Origin: Oscillospiraceae bacterium | GTDB taxonomy: Bacteria > Bacillota > Clostridia > Oscillospirales > CAG-272 | Length of the DNA stretch: 64,000 bases | Assembly: GCA_015063645.1 (NCBI GenBank) | Contig: SVTS01000002.1 | Location: 5,141 to 69,140, forward strand | Reading direction: 5' to 3' | Part shown: positions 19,818 through 28,810 of the stretch, piece by piece | How the letters are laid out: each line of letters begins with the position of its first letter | Numbering within the stretch: position 1 is the first letter of the stretch | Made by a program: the position numbers and the translations under genes | Notes under the pieces: generated by a model | Told to the model about the DNA's origin: nothing | What the model saw: only the letters and a program-made list of their open reading frames with translations | The model's database searches: none

Positions 19818-20051
19818 CGGCAAGGATCGGCATAGAGTGGATATTTTGAGCGGATTTATTGAATTTACTGGACAGGAGCGGTATGGCACGTGGAATGACA
19901 AGGCGATTCATAACAGGCAAGGCAGCGATATGCTTTGCTTTTGTGAAAATATCTATGTAACAAGAAATATAGTGCCGGGAATCTGTGGAATCCAAGAATA
20001 CATTATATCTTTAATATATGGTATGGATATCAAATATTAATGGAAGCATTA

Positions 20052-20873
20052 TTACAGAAGCCCCCCACTGCGGAGAAATGCATCAAATCCCTGTCTGGTG
20101 GTATAGCCGCATGCGGCGGCAATTTCCTTGCGTGAAGCGCCGGCGGCGAGCATCTGCTCGGCACGAGCAAGTCGTGCGCGGCGGAGTTTTTCGGTGAATC
20201 CCATGCCGTAATATTCCTTCAGGATACGGCTTGTCTGGGCAGGACTGTAGGAAAGTTCCCTGGCAAGGTCGGATAAGGTAACATGTTCGTGGATCCGATT
20301 ATAGAAGAAATTGTCAATACGCACGCGGCGCACCAGATGATTCTGGCGTTCGGGCATAACATCACCGCACCGCGGAATCAATTTCTCCAGCACACGGGAG
20401 AGGAAAATAACATAATATGCCTTAATGCGGCAGAATTCCAGCGGATATATATTCTCCCATTTACGGCGTAATATGCCGGCAGTGAATGCAAGCTCCATGC
20501 GTTCCGCATCGCTTGGACGGTAATGGATCCACGGACGGCGTTCCGCGGGAAACAGATTTTCAGCCGCATACAGAGCAAAGCGAATATTAAAGCGCTGGAC
20601 GTCGTCCGAGCATTCTGCGATCCGATGCAGCGTTTTCGGCGCGATGAGCAGCAGATCCCCCTCATGCAGGGTAACTCTTTCGCCGTTCAGCTCCATACTC
20701 AGCGAGCCGCTTTGGATGAAGTACAACTCATCGATGGAATGGTCATGGCTTTGGTAGGAGGATGCCCGAATACCCCGCGGCGTTTCATTCAGATAGTCGA
20801 GCATAATTTCCGCACGCATTTCTTCAAGATCGATCGAGAGGGACAGCTCGAAATCAGCTGTGGGTTGCCGCAT
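20052..20873 (-). CDS. AraC-family transcriptional regulator (cupin sensor plus HTH)
   Basis: 273 aa. The N-terminus is cupin-like (HDHSIDELYFIQSGSL...GDLLLIAP). The C-terminus is an AraC HTH (LSDLARELSYSPAQTSRILKEYYGMGF). Confidence 0.8.
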   Translation of the reverse strand: MRQPTADFELSLSIDLEEMRAEIMLDYLNETPRGIRASSYQSHDHSIDELYFIQSGSLSMELNGERVTLHEGDLLLIAPKTLHRIAECSDDVQRFNIRFALYAAENLFPAERRPWIHYRPSDAERMELAFTAGILRRKWENIYPLEFCRIKAYYVIFLSRVLEKLIPRCGDVMPERQNHLVRRVRIDNFFYNRIHEHVTLSDLARELSYSPAQTSRILKEYYGMGFTEKLRRARLARAEQMLAAGASRKEIAAACGYTTRQGFDAFLRSGGLL

Positions 20874-21104
20874 GATGTGCGCTCCTTTTTCCCGGATGGA
20901 ATAAATCTTTTTTCTGTTATTATAGCATATTTTCCGATATTGTCAACCCGTTTCCACAACAATTGCAGAGACAAAACAAAGAAGAACAGACGCAAACAAA
21001 TCTATCATAATTCCGTAAATATGATCGATTCGTTCGTTTACAAGCGCAGAAAAAAGTGTTACAATACTATTATAACATTGTAATGTGGAAAGAGGGTTCA
21101 CGGT

Positions 21105-22157
21105 ATGCAGAAATTTATCGTATCACGAGACGATTCCATCTATGAGGCATGGCCGGATGTGGTTCTGTGCAATTCAGGGAGAATGATATGCGTTTTCTCC
21201 GAGTGCGATCATCACGGCAACCGCAATAATGCACGCATTGCCTATGTCACCAGTGACAACCGGGGACGCACATGGTCGGCAAAGCGGTATCTCACGGAAA
21301 AAGCCGTCCGCGTGCCGAAGAACATGGGGCCGTACTATAATTGCGCGCGTATTTCCAAACTGTCCGACGGCCGCATTGCTGTCGTCTGTGACCTGATCAA
21401 AGGCGCACACGAAAACGCAGTAGAGAATACGGAAAATCACCTCTGGTTCTCCTCAGACGAAGGAAGAACATGGGACGGCCCGATCATGACTCCGGTTCAC
21501 GGTATCGTACCGGAGAGACTATATGAATTGAAATCCGGACGCTGGCTTCTCGCCGCTCATCACATGCATCCGGAAACGGGAAAACTGACCGAATACGTCT
21601 GGTACTCCGACGACAAGGGAACAACGTGGTCAGAACGCATCTGTCTTGCCATGGATGCGCGTTATGATCTCTGCGAAGTTGGACTTGTTGAAGTGGAGCC
21701 GAACGTGGTCGTAGGATTTCTGCGTGAAAATTCCGGCCGGGGGTGGGACTGTTTCAAGGCAATCTCCCGCGATGGAGGCGAAACATGGGAAGGTGTGTAC
21801 AACGTACCGATTCCCGGATGTCACCGTCCGACGGTGGGACTTCTGCAGGACGGAAGACTTTTGGTCACCTACCGATATCTGCAGGGCGGTCTCCCCGGTT
21901 GGGGACGCACGACGCAGAATGTAATGGGGGCTTTGATGGCTCCGGATATGATCACAGAACCGGAGCGGAACAAACAGTGTGTACGTATTTTCCCGCTGGA
22001 TTACGACCGCAATGAAAAGGCCGATCTCGGGTACACCGGCTGGGTACAGTTTCCCGATGGGGAGATCTACGTCGTCAACTATATCGTAGATGATGCGCCG
22101 AAAGCGCACATTCGAGGCTACAGTTTGCGGGTGGATGAATTGTATATCGAAAATTAA
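21105..22157 (+). CDS. BNR/Asp-box repeat protein, sialidase-like (GH33-like) six-bladed propeller
   Basis: 350 aa with four SxDxGxTW Asp-boxes (SDNRGRTWS, SSDEGRTWD, SDDKGTTWS, SRDGGETWE). No signal peptide. No clear RIP motif was seen. Confidence 0.65.
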   Translation: MQKFIVSRDDSIYEAWPDVVLCNSGRMICVFSECDHHGNRNNARIAYVTSDNRGRTWSAKRYLTEKAVRVPKNMGPYYNCARISKLSDGRIAVVCDLIKGAHENAVENTENHLWFSSDEGRTWDGPIMTPVHGIVPERLYELKSGRWLLAAHHMHPETGKLTEYVWYSDDKGTTWSERICLAMDARYDLCEVGLVEVEPNVVVGFLRENSGRGWDCFKAISRDGGETWEGVYNVPIPGCHRPTVGLLQDGRLLVTYRYLQGGLPGWGRTTQNVMGALMAPDMITEPERNKQCVRIFPLDYDRNEKADLGYTGWVQFPDGEIYVVNYIVDDAPKAHIRGYSLRVDELYIEN

Positions 22158-22182
22158 AAATTATTTTTCAGGAGGAACCATC

Positions 22183-23640
22183 ATGAAAAAGTTTACACAG
22201 TGTCTTACCCTTGTGCTGACGGCAGCACTCCTGCTCGCGTCCTGTGGGGATACTCCTTCGCAGGGAGAAGAAACACTTCCTCAGGACACCTCACCTGCTG
22301 TGAGTGAAGCATCTGAGACTACTACGGCAGAGACGGACTACTACATGAATGTACCGGACGGTACGACCTTCAACGGAAAGACCTTTACATTTCTTGGGTA
22401 TGACTATAACGGAAACTGGAAGGTATACATGGATCCTGAATCGGAAACCGGCGATATTGTGAATGATTCAGCTTACCGCCGAAACGGTGAAGTGGAGGAA
22501 AAACTGCAGATTGATTTCCGTGAAATCCAGATTGATGGAATGGCTGAGCATGAAAAGGCCTTCAAAACTTCTGTGCTCGCGGGCGACGGTGCATATGATC
22601 TCATGTGTTTTTGGGCATCCGGCGAAAGATCATCTTTCATTACAGAAGGTATTGCCGGTGACTGGCAAGCGCTTGGCAATATGGATCTGACTTCTCCCTG
22701 GTACAATCAGACCGCCAATACAGCGTATAGCATCGGTGGAAAACAGTATTTTGCTGTAAGCGACTTCACTTTCCCGGTGCAGCAGCACTGGCGTCTGCTT
22801 TTCAATAAGAAGTTAATGAGCGACTACAAACTGGAATATCCCTACCAAGACGTGTATGCCGGAACATGGACATATGACAAACTCCGTTCTCTTATCACAA
22901 ATACGTATAAGGATGTAAATGCTGACGGTAAGGCCGGATTAGAAGACAGCTATGGTCTGTCCGCAAACAATGTAACTCTGGGAGTAATGGCCTTTAACTC
23001 TGGAGAGATGCCCATTCATATAACAAAAAACGGTTTTGAATTGAATCTCTATTCTGATCGTATTCTGAATATTGTTGAGGATATGGTAGCGCTTACCAAG
23101 GATCCGAATGTATATGATGTAAACGTCGGTGGCGCAAATTTCAGGAATCTGTTTTCTGAGGGGCGTGCTATGTTCATTACCTACAGTTCAGATCCCGAAC
23201 TTCTCCGAGATATCGAATTTGATTACGGCTATCTGCCTTATCCGAAATACGACGCATCACAGGAAAACTATATTGTTTGGTCGTGCGGCGGTATGATGGC
23301 ATATCCTTCCAATGCCAAGGATACCGTATTCACCGGAACGGTCATGGAGGCGCTGTCTGCAGGTTCGGCAAAGTATGTGAAAGATGCATTCGTTGAGAAA
23401 TACATCGAGGGAAAGGTTCTCCGCGATGAAGATTCTGTTGCAATTTATCGCATGATGCGTGATCTTGCCACCTATGATTTCTCCTATAATTTCGATCCCT
23501 CGGGCAAACTCACCGGTTTTGCGCACTACAGTCAGTTCAACAAATCACAGAGCGCCGATCTGGCAAGCTGGTGGGGAAAGAATCAGGTTGCGATCCAGTC
23601 CGCTTTCGACGATCTGTTTGCAAAGTGCATGAAAAAATAA
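22183..23640 (+). CDS. Extracellular solute-binding lipoprotein (ABC-transporter SBP family 1-like), orphan
   Basis: 485 aa from MKKFTQCLTLVLTAALLLASCGD (lipobox LLASC). GGAGGA lies upstream of the ATG at 22183. No permease or ATPase genes follow. Confidence 0.75.
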   Translation: MKKFTQCLTLVLTAALLLASCGDTPSQGEETLPQDTSPAVSEASETTTAETDYYMNVPDGTTFNGKTFTFLGYDYNGNWKVYMDPESETGDIVNDSAYRRNGEVEEKLQIDFREIQIDGMAEHEKAFKTSVLAGDGAYDLMCFWASGERSSFITEGIAGDWQALGNMDLTSPWYNQTANTAYSIGGKQYFAVSDFTFPVQQHWRLLFNKKLMSDYKLEYPYQDVYAGTWTYDKLRSLITNTYKDVNADGKAGLEDSYGLSANNVTLGVMAFNSGEMPIHITKNGFELNLYSDRILNIVEDMVALTKDPNVYDVNVGGANFRNLFSEGRAMFITYSSDPELLRDIEFDYGYLPYPKYDASQENYIVWSCGGMMAYPSNAKDTVFTGTVMEALSAGSAKYVKDAFVEKYIEGKVLRDEDSVAIYRMMRDLATYDFSYNFDPSGKLTGFAHYSQFNKSQSADLASWWGKNQVAIQSAFDDLFAKCMKK

Positions 23641-24083
23641 CACTGCATTTATTTGCCGAAATATCGATCAAACGGTGTTCCGCCATTTCAATCTGCTCGG
23701 GGATGAGATGGGCTTACCATCTACGTACCATATAATATTTTTTATATGGAAACACCTTCATCCAGCTGTTTCCTGCACTTTTTGTTGGGAGAAGTATATG
23801 GTTTTCTTTCAGCAGAACGTGATCTCTGCTATGTGGATAAATCCATGCATTGATGTGCTATACCAGTTGTTTCTTTGCAACAGGAAAAGGAAAGCATGAA
23901 AAGAGAAAATGGTGTGCTTTTGTTTATGAATACCCTGCTGCGATTCGAACCCCTGTGGGTTGGAGGCAGCAGGGCATCTTTATTTTTATCCAGTAAATAC
24001 GGGACTTTTTTAATGTGGTTGTGTTCGCGCAAATCGGACATCGAAAACAAAAAAGCCAAAAAACTCCGACAAAACGCCAAAAT

Positions 24084-25312
24084 TGCCGACCATTTTCGAA
24101 CCCCTGTATCTAATGGTTAGGCGTCTTTCAATGAATAATAAGCAGTTTCTATTGAATTAGGAGACTTATTTCCAAGTGCGGAATGAGGACGACTGTTATT
24201 ATACATATCAATATATTTTGAAAGTGATTCCTTGAAGTCTCTTACTGATCGGTAATTGGTTCGGTACAATTCTTCCTTCTTCAGTGTGGAGAAAAATGAT
24301 TCCATCATCGCATTGTCATGCGGTTTGCGTGTGCGAGAATAGGACTGTGTTATGTTCATGGAACTCATTACTTGACAGAATGTTTTTGACACATAATTGC
24401 TGCCGCGATCTATATGCAGAATCAGCCCGGAATCTGGATGTCGAGTTAGATATGCTTCCTTTAATGTGGATTTTGTAAGCTGTGTACTATTGTTTTGAGA
24501 AACTCGATAAGCCACGATTTTTCTTGCGTACACATCAAGCACCGCGCAAATATAAAATGTTTCTTCTCCAAAGCGGAAATATGTAACATCACTCAACCAC
24601 AGTTCATTGGGCTTTGAAGCTTTGAATTGTTGATTGATACGATTGACAAATTTCCGTTGTTCTCTTTCGTATATAGCTTTCGCACCGATACGAACACTGT
24701 GCAATCCCAATTCACGCATCAATTCAGCCACATATTTTTCACTTATTTTTACACCTTGATCTCTCAGTAGTGCGGCTATTTTCCCTGCGCCGAGGACCTG
24801 CCGATATTCGTAGAATAATTCTTGAACCCTATTTTTCAGTTCGACTCTTCTCTTTGCAAACCATGTATGTTCCTTTTTGCTTCTAAATAGATGATTGTAG
24901 AATGTACCTCTTGGAACTTCAAGAGCATCGCAAAGCGAGTGGACGCTGTACTTCCCATGAAGTTTTTCCATTGCTTCAAGCTTTTCTCGCAGGGGTGATT
25001 GTACAGTGCAGTCTACACTTTGCAGGATTTGAGTTATTTCGGTGAGTTTTTTTACCCGCTTTTCAAGAAGATAAGTGGCCCTTGGCTGAGGCTTGTGTTG
25101 TTCTTTGGATAATTGATCAAGCCAGCAGTATAGTGTGCTTTTTGCAATGCCGGTGTCTGATGCAATTTGTTGGATTGATTCACCAGCGATGATGTGGCGT
25201 GAGAGGGCAGATTGTCTGAGTTCTTGAGTGTATGTAGCGTTCATTATTATTTCTCCTGAAAATATTCCGCACAATATACGGTAGGAATATTTTATCAGAG
25301 AGTTGTTAGGCA
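24084..25312 (-). mobile_element. IS3-family insertion sequence (about 1229 bp) with putative imperfect terminal inverted repeats and a 3-bp AAT target-site duplication
   Basis: The ends read TGCCGACCA... (24084) and ...GTTAGGCA (25312), i.e. TG...CA termini with 8 of the first 12 positions matching in inverted orientation. AAT lies directly on both sides (24081-24083 and 25313-25315). The length is typical of IS3. Confidence 0.55.
24117..25244 (-). CDS. IS3-family transposase (HTH OrfA part fused in frame to the DDE OrfB part)
   Basis: 375 aa from MNATYTQELRQ. N-terminal HTH (IASDTGIAKSTLYCW), DDE integrase core (WLSDVTYF...HIDRGSNY...DNAMMESFF) and a C-terminal YNNSRPHSALG motif. Confidence 0.88.
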   Translation of the reverse strand: MNATYTQELRQSALSRHIIAGESIQQIASDTGIAKSTLYCWLDQLSKEQHKPQPRATYLLEKRVKKLTEITQILQSVDCTVQSPLREKLEAMEKLHGKYSVHSLCDALEVPRGTFYNHLFRSKKEHTWFAKRRVELKNRVQELFYEYRQVLGAGKIAALLRDQGVKISEKYVAELMRELGLHSVRIGAKAIYEREQRKFVNRINQQFKASKPNELWLSDVTYFRFGEETFYICAVLDVYARKIVAYRVSQNNSTQLTKSTLKEAYLTRHPDSGLILHIDRGSNYVSKTFCQVMSSMNITQSYSRTRKPHDNAMMESFFSTLKKEELYRTNYRSVRDFKESLSKYIDMYNNSRPHSALGNKSPNSIETAYYSLKDA

Positions 25313-25440
25313 AATATGAAGTGGGGACGAGGTTTGGGAGGCTATAACAGTAAATTTAATCTATTATGATAGAATTATTAGGAAAAATATGATATAATAT
25401 GATTGTTGTGGTTTGAGTGTTATAAAAATAAGGAAGAAGT

Positions 25441-26493
25441 ATGAATTATCTTAGTCAACTCAATGAAAAAATATCGCTATTTCAAATTATAAGTTGTATA
25501 AATAGTGTCTCATTATTTTTAAATTTTGGTGTGTTAACAATCTTTAGACGTACAATGAAAGCTAAAGGCTCCGTTATTAGAGATTTTAAAATGTTGCTGC
25601 AATCTGATGAAGAAGACAGTAGCGGTACTCTTGTTCGAATCAGCACGGGAATGATATTGATTTTTATATGTAGTATAGTAATCACCATATTATCATGTTG
25701 GCTTGGTTTTGAGTTTTTTCTAAAAGCAACTATGGTGATGCTTATAGTTGTTCCGGGAATTGATTGCTTACCAATATTAACTGATTGCTACCTAAACGGG
25801 AAGAGTTATAATAAAGAATCCTATTTTTTAATGGTAGTGTCTATAAAAACATTTTTTGTAAACATTACTATAAGTATCGCAACACTTATATGTGAATGGT
25901 TAGATGCAGATACAGTATTGTTCCAAACGAATGGTAATCAAGTGCTGAAGATTTTCCTTATTGCGCTATTGGTTGCACTTATTTTAGGTGTGGTTTATGC
26001 AGTAAGTAATTCCATATACTCTATTTGGTCATACACATTTTCATCTAAAACACCTGATAAGATTTGTGAGAATATTACGAAATATTCATCTCTAGAGATA
26101 AAGAATGAAGAAAAATTTAATAAAAGAATAAAGGATATTGATTTTGATGCGCGGGTGCATCCATATGTACTATATCGGTTTTTTCTATCATTCCGCTTTT
26201 TCGGTGTTGTACTTATTCTAAAATTTCGAGAAATATATTATAGCTCTCAACTTTTGCTACTGACGATGCGAAAACAATACGTTATATCGCATTCCGGAAT
26301 GCTTACATACGAAAACTATAGACATAGAATAAACATAATTTTAAGAGTTGCCCTAATAGTTTTATTATTAACAACAAATGTGTTATTGGCATTAAGTATT
26401 AATGGATATGAGATATGTGCAAAAGTTTATGAACTAATATCAACGGTTATTATTATACCGATTATTTTAGATAGTTTGCCAAAGAAAAAATGA
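25441..26493 (+). CDS. Hypothetical polytopic membrane protein, very AT-rich (about 30% GC), no recognisable family
   Basis: 350-aa ORF with an AAGGAAG RBS, about 8 hydrophobic helices, and a charged Lys/Glu-rich central loop. Its composition differs sharply from the surrounding sequence. Confidence 0.55.
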   Translation: MNYLSQLNEKISLFQIISCINSVSLFLNFGVLTIFRRTMKAKGSVIRDFKMLLQSDEEDSSGTLVRISTGMILIFICSIVITILSCWLGFEFFLKATMVMLIVVPGIDCLPILTDCYLNGKSYNKESYFLMVVSIKTFFVNITISIATLICEWLDADTVLFQTNGNQVLKIFLIALLVALILGVVYAVSNSIYSIWSYTFSSKTPDKICENITKYSSLEIKNEEKFNKRIKDIDFDARVHPYVLYRFFLSFRFFGVVLILKFREIYYSSQLLLLTMRKQYVISHSGMLTYENYRHRINIILRVALIVLLLTTNVLLALSINGYEICAKVYELISTVIIIPIILDSLPKKK

Positions 26494-26583
26494 TAACTAA
26501 TAACGCAACAATTTTATAGAAAATCATGCTGCATCTTTTCTGTCCGACGTAGCCACGTAGTGCGTACAAAAAAGATGCACACA

Positions 26584-26620
26584 AAAAAACGCAGGTTTTC
26601 CTGCGTTTTTTTCGTTTTTT
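26584..26620 (+). terminator. Rho-independent terminator downstream of the AT-rich membrane protein gene
   Basis: AACGCAGG-TTTT-CCTGCGTT followed by a T-run, nested inside a longer inverted repeat GCACACAAAAA / TTTTTGTGTGC. Confidence 0.65.
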
Positions 26621-26814
26621 CGCCCATTTTCTCGTTTTTTCAAAAATCCGGTTTTTGTGTGCAAAAAAAAGATGCAATCAGCTGATTTTTGGGTTTGAGG
26701 GGAGTCAAACCCGTGTCTGCTGAAAAACACGATATTTTTGACCGATGAGCCATAGTGTAAACAAATACCCGAAAAGGATATGTCTCAGTCTGCTTCCCTG
26801 AAACGCCACACGGA

Positions 26815-27717
26815 TTATTCGCCGAACCAATCCGGCGTTTTCATCTCTGTAATTGTGCCGGCATTCTGATCAAGCAAAGCGGCCAATTTCATTCCTCTCT
26901 CAAGACAGTACTCACAGAATAATTCAAGTTCAGCGTCATTATTGATCTGGGCAACCCAATCGCACACGAGTTTATGAAAATTTATACCGGAATAAAACCC
27001 GGTACACCTCGCAGACGATGGAATCCTTTTCCCCATGTACCAGGAACTACTGTCTTTTGCATAATCTATGACCAGCTTAAAGATATGATTTAATTCGTTT
27101 TTTCTCCTAAGTTCAATATAGTCACTGTGCATAAATATGTTGAAAAACTCATTTGCTTTACCGTTCTTCAGCGCTCTCTTAAAAGCTGAACGAAGTCTGG
27201 GAGCGGATTGATCTGAACAGCTCAGCTGCAATAATTCCCGATCGGGGAAATCAAGCGTATATCCCGAAAAACTGACCGGAATACTTCTTTCTTGATCCGA
27301 GAGATAAGGGAGCGTTCGTGACAGAATACATGAGTTTTTTTCTCTGTCTATCATTGTTTGCAGTATTGTATCCACATCACTCTTCCCGTGGTCAACAGAT
27401 ATAAGGAATGACGTGAGTTCTTCTGATATGCATATACTGTCCGGTTCTTCGCCTGCTTGAGAATCGATGTAGGGCAGCGCAGTATATGCATTATCATGCC
27501 AGTGAATGTTTTTTATTACAATTCTTCTGCATCCGTAAGGAATCGGAGGGATCCCGTCCACATTCCCGGACAGGACTTCCTCCTTCATATTGGGTCCGCT
27601 GAACTCTATGCTCCTGTATGTATAGTCATGGCTATGTAAATGCTGTACAGTCCATTGATATTTCTCATAGATATCTGTTTCTTTGCAAATGTATACGTAT
27701 TTCTGATATGTAATCAT
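26815..27717 (-). CDS. Hypothetical cytoplasmic protein (300 aa), no recognisable family
   Basis: The ORF starts at MITYQKYVY, with GGAGGGAG upstream and its own TTGACA-17-TAAAAT promoter at about 27750-27780. Confidence 0.5.
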   Translation of the reverse strand: MITYQKYVYICKETDIYEKYQWTVQHLHSHDYTYRSIEFSGPNMKEEVLSGNVDGIPPIPYGCRRIVIKNIHWHDNAYTALPYIDSQAGEEPDSICISEELTSFLISVDHGKSDVDTILQTMIDREKNSCILSRTLPYLSDQERSIPVSFSGYTLDFPDRELLQLSCSDQSAPRLRSAFKRALKNGKANEFFNIFMHSDYIELRRKNELNHIFKLVIDYAKDSSSWYMGKRIPSSARCTGFYSGINFHKLVCDWVAQINNDAELELFCEYCLERGMKLAALLDQNAGTITEMKTPDWFGE

Positions 27718-27856
27718 TAAAATCTCCCTCCTGCACAAAATAGATTTTAAAACAAATTATCCCGTTTGTCAAGCCTCTCTTTTCAGCTTTAATTGTTGAT
27801 TATGCACGCAGCCACCAACTATGGGATATAACCCAATGGGAACTGTTACTATAGAA

Positions 27857-27886
27857 AAGGCACATTTCAAAAATGAAATGTGCCTT
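27857..27886 (-). terminator. Rho-independent terminator after the 27904-28800 gene
   Basis: 12-bp stem AAGGCACATTTC/GAAATGTGCCTT. On the minus strand it is followed by TTTTCT. Confidence 0.7.
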
Positions 27887-27903
27887 ATATGATAATTGGT
27901 TTG

Positions 27904-28800
27904 TCAGCTGCGAATCAGCCGATATTCCAATGCAAAACATTTCATGCAGACAGCATCCCACACGATCCCGCACCCGCGATGAAACGAGAATCCTTTGATT
28001 ATGTTAGTCGTTATACAAGAAGTATCCAGCGGCAGCACATCCGCGAAGGAATCCCCCTCGCGGCGGCAGGTGTGAAACGTGTACTTTTCCAGCCGTCCGT
28101 ATTTCATCTTCTGTGCTGCAAACAGAAAATACGTTTCATCCCGATTACAGCATAGATCCACTATATTGCGCACAGGAGCTGCAAAGCATTCTGTGGTATA
28201 TATCTTCTCGTGCAAGCGAATGACAGAATCATCATTGACCGCATACCAGATGGATTTTTCTCCGATATGCACAGCATGGCAATCGGCAATTCCGCTGCAG
28301 GTATCCGACCACACGGGGGTTCCGGTTTGATCCCACAGGCAGAAACCGCTTTCAATACGAGTATCTTCCGTAATATCCTGATCAAAGTATCCTGCGGCAA
28401 TGTTTCCACGGGAAGTGACATGGCATTTGTTTCCATACACCCTGCCGAGGAAAATTTCCGCTTTAATGTTTCCGTTTGTATCCGTGCTATAAACCTTCAT
28501 TCTCTGCGAACCTGATTTCGTAAACAACGGGGAGTTTTCACGAAGTTTTCCCATGACAAGGAAACCGCTTTCTGACGGCATGACTTTTTGAATTTCAGCA
28601 AAGTTCTGCCCAAACGACAGGTGTTCGGAATCATTTGCGGAGCTGTTATTCCATGCGGTTCGGATAACCTGATTCCCGTATACCATATAAATACAGCCGT
28701 CATTCCCCAGATTCGCACTTGTCATTCCCACGGAAAATGAAAATTTCCTTTGGATTTCATCGGTGTTTACAGATCGAACAGGTAAAAGGCGATTCTCCAT
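27904..28800 (-). CDS. Hypothetical protein (298 aa), beta-rich, Cys-rich, no recognisable family
   Basis: The ORF starts at MENRLLPVRS with GAGGAG upstream. It begins 11 nt after the transglutaminase-like gene ends, so it is the last gene of the operon. Confidence 0.5.
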   Translation of the reverse strand: MENRLLPVRSVNTDEIQRKFSFSVGMTSANLGNDGCIYMVYGNQVIRTAWNNSSANDSEHLSFGQNFAEIQKVMPSESGFLVMGKLRENSPLFTKSGSQRMKVYSTDTNGNIKAEIFLGRVYGNKCHVTSRGNIAAGYFDQDITEDTRIESGFCLWDQTGTPVWSDTCSGIADCHAVHIGEKSIWYAVNDDSVIRLHEKIYTTECFAAPVRNIVDLCCNRDETYFLFAAQKMKYGRLEKYTFHTCRREGDSFADVLPLDTSCITTNIIKGFSFHRGCGIVWDAVCMKCFALEYRLIRS

Positions 28801-28810
28801 TTTTCGCTCC

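Noticed and set aside
19737-20051. An integrase or recombinase gene expected next to the ssrA 3' end. Short ORFs occur at 19744-19995 and 19807-20040.
   Set aside because: The ORFs are AT-rich, overlap each other on opposite strands, lack an RBS and show no recombinase motifs. The region is better explained as the ssrA terminator plus non-coding DNA.
23944-24109. Two copies of ACAGGGGTTCGA (minus strand; 23944-23956 and 24097-24109) match the 5' half of the tmRNA T-arm. I considered them relic att sites of an ssrA-targeting island.
   Set aside because: Both are inverted relative to ssrA. The match is only 12-13 nt, and several such matches are expected by chance in 64 kb. The second copy lies inside the proposed terminal inverted repeat of the IS3 element, so the first may be a solo IS-end relic or a coincidence. 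No integrase is present.
26688-26715. A tRNA-like fragment (GGGTTTGACTCCCCTCAAACCC on the minus strand).
   Set aside because: It folds as a simple self-complementary hairpin. T-arm/acceptor geometry does not fit (the stem has a mismatch, and there is no CCA or discriminator context). No remainder of a tRNA is present.
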